This document shows, in pieces, positions 28,826 through 37,016 of a stretch of DNA of 64,000 bases; the stretch's first letter is position 1, and every line of letters starts with the position of its first letter. The DNA is from Candidatus Eiseniibacteriota bacterium (GTDB lineage: Bacteria; Arandabacterota; Arandabacteria; Arandabacterales; Arandabacteraceae): NCBI GenBank assembly GCA_043810925.1, contig JBDRNT010000161.1:77975-141974 (forward strand), read 5' to 3'. A program made the translations under genes and the position numbers. The notes under the pieces are model-generated. The model ran no database searches. It saw only the letters and a list, made by a program, of their open reading frames with translations, and was not told the origin of the DNA.

Positions 28826-31408
28826 TCACCTGAACATTGCCTTGATGCCACCCCAGGTCGTGGGCTCGACCCGGGTGGGCACGCAGGGATCATCCCCAAC
28901 GGCCCCGGCTAGCCCGGCACAGAAGCTGTACGACGGAGAGCCCGCCCCACCGCTACAATCCCCTATCGTTATGCTGCCTGTTTGAGGATGCCCGACGATG
29001 TAAACCAGACAGGGACTGTCCACGGTAAGCCATGCCCAGCCCGGGACAGCCACCGGCCCCGGCTGGCATCCGGTCCATGCATGGGATACTCCATCATTTG
29101 GATACGTTATGCCACCTATTGTGAGATCGCTACAACTTGTGAAAACACAACTGGACTGGCCCGACCAGGTAACCCCATACTCAAACCCCTGATACTCCAT
29201 GAGATCGAAGAACACGGGAAACACATCGGCGTCACCGGAATCTGTCATATAGGTTATGTCCGTGCAGATCTGAATTGCGGGAAAACTTTTTGAACACGAT
29301 CTTGACGCGTGGGGTTCCACATGAACCGCAACCTTCCCATTGGGGTTCGCATGCCCACCGCAGACCGCAGTGTATCGAGTTACGCTCTTTGTACCGGTTT
29401 CGTCGCAGGTTATCTCACAGGTATTGCCTATCGTAGACCAAGAAGGCGTGTTCGGCTTGACCCTCGCAGTCAACCTCACACTCCCGCCCGCCCCACCGGG
29501 CAACGCGCCGATTCCCCAGGTGACCGTACGGGCCCCTGCGTTGTATACACCGCCTCCCGTCGCAGATATGAAATCGGTTTGTGCCGGAACATGGTCGACA
29601 ATGTTCACATTGTGCACCTCAGAGGTGTTGGCTGAATTGTTGTAGGAGATAGTGTACATGACACTCTGTCCGGCGACGACGCAAGAACCTCCAAATGGAT
29701 CGGTCTTGCTCAGGCCGAGTGGTGCAAAACTGCCTTGACAGACCCCAACACTGTCACGGGCTACCGTAACCGGTGTTTCATCACAGGTTATCCGGCAGGT
29801 GTTCACCAGTATCTCGCCCGGCGAAGCATCTGAACCCACCGCCACCGTCAACTCAACGGAATCGACGAGCCCGCCGGACACTGTGCCGAGATCCCAGACA
29901 ACGCTGTGGCTGCCGGCCTGGTGTGTTCCGCCGTGTGAGCATGATACGTAATCCATGTGCGAGGGAACCTCGTCGGTCAGAGTAGCGTTATGGACTTCGG
30001 ACATGTTCGGGGTGTTATCGTAGATGATGGTGTAGGTGATACTGTCCCCGGAATCCAGACAGAAGCCATCGAGTCCATCACTCTTTGAGAGAATCAACGG
30101 GGCGAATCCCGCCGGACAAACATCGGCGTATTCGGTTACCTCGGTTGGAGGGGCTTCATCGCTTGTGATCTCACAGGTGTTGACCAGCACCATCCCGGGT
30201 GTTGTCGCGGGGGGGACATGCACCAAGACACCTACGGCGCCCCCGCCACCAGCAGGAAGCGTACCTATGCCCCAGGCTATCGTGTGGCCGCCGGGATCGT
30301 ATATACCGCCGTGTGTCGAGGAGACAAACTCAGTCTCAGGAGGCAGGACGTCGGTTATGGCGACGTTGTGTACGTCGGCTTCGTTCGAAGTATTATCGTA
30401 GTCTATCACATAGGCGATGTTCATACCTGCGTCTACGCACCCGCCACCGAGCCCATCGCCCTTACTGAGGTTGAGCGGCGCAAATTCAGGACAGACATCT
30501 GTATATTCGGTCACCTCAGTTGAAGGTGTCTCGCCGCTTGTGATCTCACAGATGTTGGCCAACGTGGTCGCGGGCGCAGTGCTCTCATCCACAGACACCG
30601 TAATTTCAAACACTCCTGAACCTCCGGCCGGGACTGTTCCGACATTCCAGGTGACAGTGTGCGTTCCCGGATCATAGTCACCACCACCTGATGCCGACAC
30701 GAGCTCTACCTCCGGTGGCAGGCGATCAGTGACAATCGTATTGTGCACGTCCCAACTGTTAGGCGAGTTGTCATAGGACAGGGTGTAATTGATACTGTCA
30801 CCAGGTAACACGCAGTATCCCCCAAGACCGTCTGTCTTATCGAGATCAAGCGCCACGAAGACCGGGTCGCATGGCATATCGCCGGTCTCGCCACACACAC
30901 CCGCACAATAAACTGCAGCCGCCTCGTCAAGGCCGCCGGTGCAATCTCCAACGTTGATCCCACCTGCCCCCGGATGTGCGATTATGCACACCGAACCGTG
31001 GCTAAATCCCCCGATCCATCCCCAACCCATCACAACCACAGGACCCATCTGGCAGGTGCTCCAAGCATGCGAGATTCCGTCGCCCGGATTCACGATGTCG
31101 CCGATCTTAAGATCGCTGCAGCTTGTGAAACTGCAACTCTCATACCCGGGCCACACGATGCCGTATTCGATCCCCTGGTACTCGACAAGATCAAAGAAGA
31201 CCGGAAAGATATCTATCTCATCACATCCCGCGTACGTGGTCACGATATGTCCGCAGCCGGGGATCTCCGGGAAGTTTCCGCTGCAGGTTCGCCCCGCGTC
31301 GTGCGGAAGCACATGAACAGCCGTCTTGACAGTCGGATTCTGGCCTGCAGAGCCAGGCAATGCCAGTATCAGCGCAAGGCCGACGGTCGCCGCCAGCAGC
31401 CTGAACAT
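28826..31408 (-). CDS. Secreted surface protein: Cys-rich domain, four DUF11-like repeats, Cys-rich domain, TWGxIK tail
   Basis: Signal peptide MFRLLAATVG...; four LxKxD...YxxxYxN...D.xP...GG...W..G...NxC.IT repeats; ends PTTWGGIKAMFR. Confidence 0.87.
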   Translation of the reverse strand: MFRLLAATVGLALILALPGSAGQNPTVKTAVHVLPHDAGRTCSGNFPEIPGCGHIVTTYAGCDEIDIFPVFFDLVEYQGIEYGIVWPGYESCSFTSCSDLKIGDIVNPGDGISHAWSTCQMGPVVVMGWGWIGGFSHGSVCIIAHPGAGGINVGDCTGGLDEAAAVYCAGVCGETGDMPCDPVFVALDLDKTDGLGGYCVLPGDSINYTLSYDNSPNSWDVHNTIVTDRLPPEVELVSASGGGDYDPGTHTVTWNVGTVPAGGSGVFEITVSVDESTAPATTLANICEITSGETPSTEVTEYTDVCPEFAPLNLSKGDGLGGGCVDAGMNIAYVIDYDNTSNEADVHNVAITDVLPPETEFVSSTHGGIYDPGGHTIAWGIGTLPAGGGGAVGVLVHVPPATTPGMVLVNTCEITSDEAPPTEVTEYADVCPAGFAPLILSKSDGLDGFCLDSGDSITYTIIYDNTPNMSEVHNATLTDEVPSHMDYVSCSHGGTHQAGSHSVVWDLGTVSGGLVDSVELTVAVGSDASPGEILVNTCRITCDETPVTVARDSVGVCQGSFAPLGLSKTDPFGGSCVVAGQSVMYTISYNNSANTSEVHNVNIVDHVPAQTDFISATGGGVYNAGARTVTWGIGALPGGAGGSVRLTARVKPNTPSWSTIGNTCEITCDETGTKSVTRYTAVCGGHANPNGKVAVHVEPHASRSCSKSFPAIQICTDITYMTDSGDADVFPVFFDLMEYQGFEYGVTWSGQSSCVFTSCSDLTIGGITYPNDGVSHAWTGCQPGPVAVPGWAWLTVDSPCLVYIVGHPQTGSITIGDCSGGAGSPSYSFCAGLAGAVGDDPCVPTRVEPTTWGGIKAMFR

Positions 31409-31566
31409 GCTAGCTACACCTCTCGCAGTACATAGAAGGAATCCCATGTGACTCGCCCTCGCTCTCGATCCGTGCGGATTATAGCATACCGTGAGGGCTT
31501 CATCAAGAACTTCCCAGATCAATTGCAGGAGAAGTCGATGCCGGTGTCGCAGAATCGCAGTTGGAT

Positions 31567-31591
31567 CGTCGGGGGTGGAGCCCCGCGCTAC
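31567..31591 (-). repeat. GTAG-type REP-like palindrome
   Basis: GTAGCGCGGGGCTCCACCCCCGACG, close to the copy at 25654-25679; overlaps a stop codon. Confidence 0.55.
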
Positions 31592-33891
31592 ATCTCTTTC
31601 AGGAATACCTCACTGAGGAAACTGCAGACATCTCTATAGAGCGTGCGTGCCAGGGCGGGTGGTTTCCCTTTCTGAAGAACGGCGCCAAGTACGTACTCAG
31701 AGTAGCGGAATGAATCGACGGCAACAGCTACAACACCTGCTTCTACACTTGTTGCAGCGACAGCCGTATTTCCGCTGCCGTCCACTTTGATCACCCGTCC
31801 TCCGTGGATTCGAAGTCTGGCGGAAGCGTCGGGGATGGCGGTATCCCTCAGATCAGAGTCGACATATACCATCATTCCGAACTGCCCGAGCACCTCATTT
31901 GCAGTCGATCGCTCATTCAACACACTGTCGAGAACAAGAAGCCTTCCACCGTTCCTTACATATGTAGTGAGGCAATCCAGCTCCTCTTCACTGAACTCGC
32001 TGCATGGCTCAGTCAGGACAGCACCGCGTGGAACGATGTGGTTGATATCAGCAACATCACCTGTTGTCGGATACATACCGATCCTCTGGGCACAGAGGTA
32101 GAACTGCTCGAAGCCCCGGTGACCCCGCTGCCGGGCGAGGCCGAGATAGTCAAAGAGCGTCGCATTGGTGTGGCCGGTGTCAAAGAAGAGCGTTGGTGAA
32201 GCGGCTGCTTCAGGGAGCGGCCCGTGAAGCCTCCCGTTAAGATGACCTACGGCGGCGGTTCCGACTACGAGACCCACACACGCTCCTGCGCAAAGCAGAC
32301 CGAACCCGCCCGGCACTCGCTTCAAACTCCAGAGTGACAGCGCGCTGAGGATTCCGAAAGCCGTCAGGATGACGGGACGCACCCAGGGGTACCTTGTACC
32401 CTCACGATTGAGATAGTCCATGAAACCCAGGATCAGCTCGCGTCTGCCCGGTGCGAAAACGCAGAAGTTGGAAAAGCATGTGCTGTCTGTAAATAGGAGG
32501 ACCCGGCCACGACCGAAACGTCTTGAACACGCTTGAAGGAATAGGCCGAACCGGTCGCGCAGATCATAAGCAATGTTGCCGAAGAAGTTGGGATGTCCGT
32601 AGTCAACATCCTCGCTCCCAAGTCCGCAACCTATCATAACCGGCTCGGTATGGAGATCCCCCACGACCGTGCAGGATGTAAGAAACTCAAACTCATCCAG
32701 TCCACGGAGCGATGGATGGAAAACTGCACGCGGGCGCTTGAAAGTCGAGAACCCGGTCGTAGCAAGTTCGAAACTGTCGTCATAGCGAAATTCCATCCCG
32801 AAGCGCTGTCCTATGGGATTTAAGAAATCTGTCATACCGAAGAGATTCGTGTGATCTCCGATCAGGAGAAGACCTCCGCCCGCCCGGACGAATTCGGCGA
32901 TTGTCTCCACCTCTTCATCTGTGAATGGCTCTGTCGGTGTCTTGATGACGAGCACGTCAACACTATCAAGCAGCGACTGTGAGATCCCGCCCGTATCGCT
33001 ATCGACATCGTAGAAATGAGACAGGTAGTCCACGAGGCAGTAGTAGTTGTACTCAGCCCTGATCCCAAGTGATGTCGTATCAAACGGTGTCGCGGTCCAT
33101 TCCCAGTTCGAGTGGGCTTCATCCACCACGACCCGTCCTTGCTTTGCATTGCCCGGATCGGCATAGCCAAGCACACTGGCGAGGCAACTTCCGGCGAGCG
33201 TGGCGGTCAGCACGGACATCACCACGTGTCTCCAGCCACCCTGAAGCAAGCGTGGGATTTCGAGACGATCCGGAGGACGCAACACTAGAGCAAGTGGCAG
33301 CCAGGACATGACCGAAACAGCAGGATCCCACAGAAGACCCACCCTGCCCCACTCTATGGCGATTGCGACAAGGACGACAAACCGCATGACCGAGTAGAGC
33401 AGGATGATACCCAGGTTTGCGGGTAGTCGACGAGCACTGCGGGAGGATCGCGAAAGCACAGTCAAAGCAATAAGTGCGATCACTATGTACCAGATCTCAT
33501 AAAGCCCGAAACCCTCGAACGTGAGTCTCACCGTCTCAAGACCCCTGCCGGTCCAGAAGGTAAGAAGACTTTCTGTTGAACCTGCCCCCGGGACGAGATT
33601 AGCCGCGACCGGGCCCAGCGCCTGCGAAACCGGTATATCGTGCAGACGCCATGCGATTTGTCTGAGCGTGAGGGTAGATGCCCCGCACATGGCGACGACA
33701 ATGACAGCGACGGGTAGAGATCGACGCAACCGCCTTACGGCGGTTATAAAGAGGGCCGCCGCGCAGACGACGAGCACGGCGGCGAGTCCGATCATCGGAG
33801 GAGTCACAAGGTGTTCACCCACCCGCCATCCCAGCCCTACGAGGACGACAAAAAGCGAAATCCTAATACCCGGAAACGATCTCATGTTCAT
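31588..33891 (-). CDS. Membrane protein with two GIFT/DUF4350-like extracytoplasmic domains
   Basis: Several TM helices, then VVVDEAHS...LVIKTPT...FVRAGGGLLLIGDHTN...GRGRVLLFTDS, and a second degenerate copy (YVRNGGRLLVLD). Confidence 0.78.
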   Translation of the reverse strand: MNMRSFPGIRISLFVVLVGLGWRVGEHLVTPPMIGLAAVLVVCAAALFITAVRRLRRSLPVAVIVVAMCGASTLTLRQIAWRLHDIPVSQALGPVAANLVPGAGSTESLLTFWTGRGLETVRLTFEGFGLYEIWYIVIALIALTVLSRSSRSARRLPANLGIILLYSVMRFVVLVAIAIEWGRVGLLWDPAVSVMSWLPLALVLRPPDRLEIPRLLQGGWRHVVMSVLTATLAGSCLASVLGYADPGNAKQGRVVVDEAHSNWEWTATPFDTTSLGIRAEYNYYCLVDYLSHFYDVDSDTGGISQSLLDSVDVLVIKTPTEPFTDEEVETIAEFVRAGGGLLLIGDHTNLFGMTDFLNPIGQRFGMEFRYDDSFELATTGFSTFKRPRAVFHPSLRGLDEFEFLTSCTVVGDLHTEPVMIGCGLGSEDVDYGHPNFFGNIAYDLRDRFGLFLQACSRRFGRGRVLLFTDSTCFSNFCVFAPGRRELILGFMDYLNREGTRYPWVRPVILTAFGILSALSLWSLKRVPGGFGLLCAGACVGLVVGTAAVGHLNGRLHGPLPEAAASPTLFFDTGHTNATLFDYLGLARQRGHRGFEQFYLCAQRIGMYPTTGDVADINHIVPRGAVLTEPCSEFSEEELDCLTTYVRNGGRLLVLDSVLNERSTANEVLGQFGMMVYVDSDLRDTAIPDASARLRIHGGRVIKVDGSGNTAVAATSVEAGVVAVAVDSFRYSEYVLGAVLQKGKPPALARTLYRDVCSFLSEVFLKEM

Positions 33892-36112
33892 GCCTGTCTC
33901 TTAAGTTTCCCACCAGATCGAGAACAAAGCGGGTATTTTCCGGAGTGCCCTTAAACTCGCTCTCAAGGCTTTCATCCAGAAACAGTTTTCCGTCACCTAT
34001 GACGGTGACGGTGCCAAGACCCATCTCCATCTTCACAATTGTCGGGTAACCAAGAGTTGTTGCGAGTACTGAGGTATCAGCCTCACCGCCGTATGACACC
34101 CACCAGGCGTCTTTGTGTCTGACGCGTGAACCCGCGTCACCGCCACCCAGTGGGACGGGTTCTACCGAAAAACCCAGGTCGGATAACAGGCCGGGACAAT
34201 GCCCGGGTGATCGATACCCCTGGCAGATAATCAGATTCCCACCATCGCTTGTGTAGTCGAGTAGCCATGACGTCTCCCGGTGGGACGGATTCCGCGTCGG
34301 GTTCACAATAAAGAGGTAAGCTGCATTCCGGGTCCACTCATTGCTTGTGAGGCTCGGAGCCGCCGAGACCCCGGCCCGTGCGAGACAGTTTGCCAGTCCA
34401 CCGAGTGAGGTTGCTGAAAAGAGTTCGAGTCTTGCCTCGGGCCTGAGTGAAAAATCGATTACCGCCTTATCATAGTCGAAACCCCCGTACGGAGCTTCGG
34501 AAACGCCGGGGCCAATCCGCTGTTCGCCCCCGGCAAGCCACGCGATCGTTTCCTCGACCAGATTACGTGATAAGAACAGAGCGACATTCTGAAAGGGCGA
34601 GGTGTCCCCGAACGTGACAACTCGACCCTTGCCTATCGACTGGCCGGCCACGAGCACCAGATCTCCGACACGCTCTGTTGCCTCGTGCCGGCCGTTTCCC
34701 ATGTGAGCACCCATCCCCGCATTCGAGTAATCGCCGGCATCGGAGAAACCATACCGCCCCACAACAAGCGGGAATGCTGGCTCTTCGATCTCAAGCGATG
34801 CGCCGACTGCCGTCTGGAGCATGACAGCATCGTGGGCGCCGCGCGTAGTCTCGTGTGCCCTTGTCTTGAGGCAACCATGCCAGTGCTTGCGCAGTGGTAC
34901 CGCTGAATCGAAGTTGAATCGTATCCCCGTAAAGGAGAGCAGCGTGTTCAAGGGGTCCCTTGAACCGCCGATGTCGGTGTGATCTCCCAGAACAAGGAGT
35001 CCGCCGCCTGAGGTGACGAAATCTCCAAGTGCCGATACCTCCCCGTCTGTCAGGCTGGTTGTCGGGTTAATGAACGTGATCACACCGACGCGGCTCAGAT
35101 CATGACCACCAAGGGAGTCAATCAGGATCACCTCACCACCGGTTTCCCGTACACGGCGCTCAAGCGATTCTCTGAAGAGTCCGAACATGCCCGAGCTCAC
35201 AAGCCCCAGTTTCTCGTTATCCGGTAGTCTCCAGTCTAGCATTCCCCTTGAGTAGAGGGCGAAGGATGGTCTCGACGGACAAGCCCCGGTCGGGCTGGCT
35301 GGGATATCGGCCGGACGTAAGCCGAACGCGAGGATCGCGACTGTCGATGCTCCGGTAAGCCACAGGTGCTTTAACATACACCGCCGCTCCGGTCTCGTGG
35401 CGCTCCCGAGTTCCACGCTCGCGACCACCGCCGAAACAAAGGCCACCGAAGCCAGCTGATGAATCGAAATGTGGTGCGCCCCGATGGATTCCAGCATCGA
35501 CAGTACTACCTTCCCGACCGGGTAACCTGCACATAGAATCAGAAGGCCTGTGACGACCCGGTGCCGGTGAGCCCCTGTGATCGATGTTACGGCTAAAACG
35601 AGACCCCCCAGCACATAGACCGGAAGACTTGAGGCCCATACACCTATAGATGTCTTCGAGACATCGGTGAAATTGCAGGCGCTCCGGGTTATGTACCAGA
35701 GCCGGGGGCTTTGCTCGTACCAGGTAAGAAGACCCGCGAAGGCCAGAGTCGCAAGATGGAAACGGAGCCAGCGCGATCCCGGGTCTGAGCCGCACCCTGC
35801 TGCCGGGCAACACTCCACGAGATGGATCAGGGCAAACAGCCATGAAAGTCCCAGCAGGCGGTGTGCGCCCGAGTCAAGTCTGAAGATTGTGTGTGCTGCT
35901 ACGGCAAGCAGGGCAACAGCTACCGGCCTGACGAACCTCTTCCCGTTCCCGGGATGAGGCAGGCTCGTGACAATTGCCAGACACGCAAGAAAACCCAGGA
36001 GCGACCCGCACCAGTCTGACAAGATAAGGATGGACCCCGAAGCGAGCATCACAGCTGCAATGGCCAGGAAGTTCTGGATCCAGCCCGGAAAGTTTCTCGA
36101 CACCGGTGTCAC
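33863..36112 (-). CDS. Membrane protein with two GIFT/DUF4350-like domains (paralogue of the downstream gene)
   Basis: About 9 TM helices, then INPT...FVTSGGGLLVLGDHTD...GKGRVVTFGDTS and YTSDGGNLII...GTVTVIGD. Confidence 0.78.
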   Translation of the reverse strand: MTPVSRNFPGWIQNFLAIAAVMLASGSILILSDWCGSLLGFLACLAIVTSLPHPGNGKRFVRPVAVALLAVAAHTIFRLDSGAHRLLGLSWLFALIHLVECCPAAGCGSDPGSRWLRFHLATLAFAGLLTWYEQSPRLWYITRSACNFTDVSKTSIGVWASSLPVYVLGGLVLAVTSITGAHRHRVVTGLLILCAGYPVGKVVLSMLESIGAHHISIHQLASVAFVSAVVASVELGSATRPERRCMLKHLWLTGASTVAILAFGLRPADIPASPTGACPSRPSFALYSRGMLDWRLPDNEKLGLVSSGMFGLFRESLERRVRETGGEVILIDSLGGHDLSRVGVITFINPTTSLTDGEVSALGDFVTSGGGLLVLGDHTDIGGSRDPLNTLLSFTGIRFNFDSAVPLRKHWHGCLKTRAHETTRGAHDAVMLQTAVGASLEIEEPAFPLVVGRYGFSDAGDYSNAGMGAHMGNGRHEATERVGDLVLVAGQSIGKGRVVTFGDTSPFQNVALFLSRNLVEETIAWLAGGEQRIGPGVSEAPYGGFDYDKAVIDFSLRPEARLELFSATSLGGLANCLARAGVSAAPSLTSNEWTRNAAYLFIVNPTRNPSHRETSWLLDYTSDGGNLIICQGYRSPGHCPGLLSDLGFSVEPVPLGGGDAGSRVRHKDAWWVSYGGEADTSVLATTLGYPTIVKMEMGLGTVTVIGDGKLFLDESLESEFKGTPENTRFVLDLVGNLRDRHEHEIVSGY

Positions 36113-36117
36113 TCTTC

Positions 36118-36438
36118 TTACACCTCATCCCGGGGATCGCATTGCTTCTGCCGTTGCACGGTGCGGATCATCCGGACCTGACTCACGAACCAGTAGATGA
36201 GCGACGCCGGCGCCAAGAGCAACCATAACCGGTACTCCAACTGGGTCTTCACCTTAAACACCACGAGACCTGCGGCCACTGCAAGTAGCAGGGTGAGTGT
36301 TGCTGTGGTGGGACTAACAGCTCTTGTGCGCTCTCCCCTTGAGCGCCTCCAGGCCATCAAGGATCCCAGGATGCCGCCCGCTACGCCCGTGCCTATTCCG
36401 ATTATGATCCACAGCGAGTCTGGATTCATGCCGTCCAC
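36118..36438 (-). CDS. Small 3-TM membrane protein
   Basis: Three hydrophobic helices; tightly packed between co-oriented genes. Confidence 0.6.
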   Translation of the reverse strand: MDGMNPDSLWIIIGIGTGVAGGILGSLMAWRRSRGERTRAVSPTTATLTLLLAVAAGLVVFKVKTQLEYRLWLLLAPASLIYWFVSQVRMIRTVQRQKQCDPRDEV

Positions 36439-36460
36439 CTCCCAGCATGCATGAGGTACC

Positions 36461-36943
36461 CTACATCTCCGGGCAGTAACAAAGTGTGTAGCTTAAGCCC
36501 CCGGGACCGGGGTCACTCGGGTTTGTCGGATCGCCACCGATGCCGCAGGCTCTTTCACAAAGTGTGGCCCCGTAGCAGGCCGACCCCGCGCAGACACTCG
36601 CGACGCAAGCACTACCTGCGCACAGACTCGATGCGCAGGCGCTGCCGACGCACGTACTGCCCACACAACCGCTGCCCACACAACCGCTCCCGAAACAGAG
36701 ACTTCCAATGCAGTAGCTCCCCACACAGAGGCTCCCCAGGCAGTAACTGACTGGACTGAGACTGCACGGCCACCAGTTCGGATCCTCCTCCCCGGGACCA
36801 TGGGGCACAGCACCAGTCTCCCAGTCGGCTAATGTCTCATCCAGTCTTGCATGAAAGAGTGGGCTGACCGGTTTGCCGGCAAGCGCCGGCAGAGAGATCG
36901 TAACGACCAGGCAGCACACAAGCAGGACCGTGATTCGCATCAT
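36461..36943 (-). CDS. Secreted Cys-every-fifth pentapeptide-repeat protein
   Basis: RBS GGGGAGG, signal peptide ending ALA, 12 tandem S-x-C-x-[GSA] pentads. Confidence 0.85.
   Translation of the reverse strand: MMRITVLLVCCLVVTISLPALAGKPVSPLFHARLDETLADWETGAVPHGPGEEDPNWWPCSLSPVSYCLGSLCVGSYCIGSLCFGSGCVGSGCVGSTCVGSACASSLCAGSACVASVCAGSACYGATLCERACGIGGDPTNPSDPGPGGLSYTLCYCPEM
36569..36748 (-). repeat. 12 x 15-bp degenerate tandem repeat encoding SxCxG
   Basis: SYCLG SLCVG SYCIG SLCFG SGCVG SGCVG STCVG SACAS SLCAG SACVA SVCAG SACYG. Confidence 0.9.
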
Positions 36944-37016
36944 CACAACCACCTCCCCACATCTTCACGTTCCCTATGTCCGTCTCACAGCTCTACCACT
37001 GGGGATGTTATTGCAA

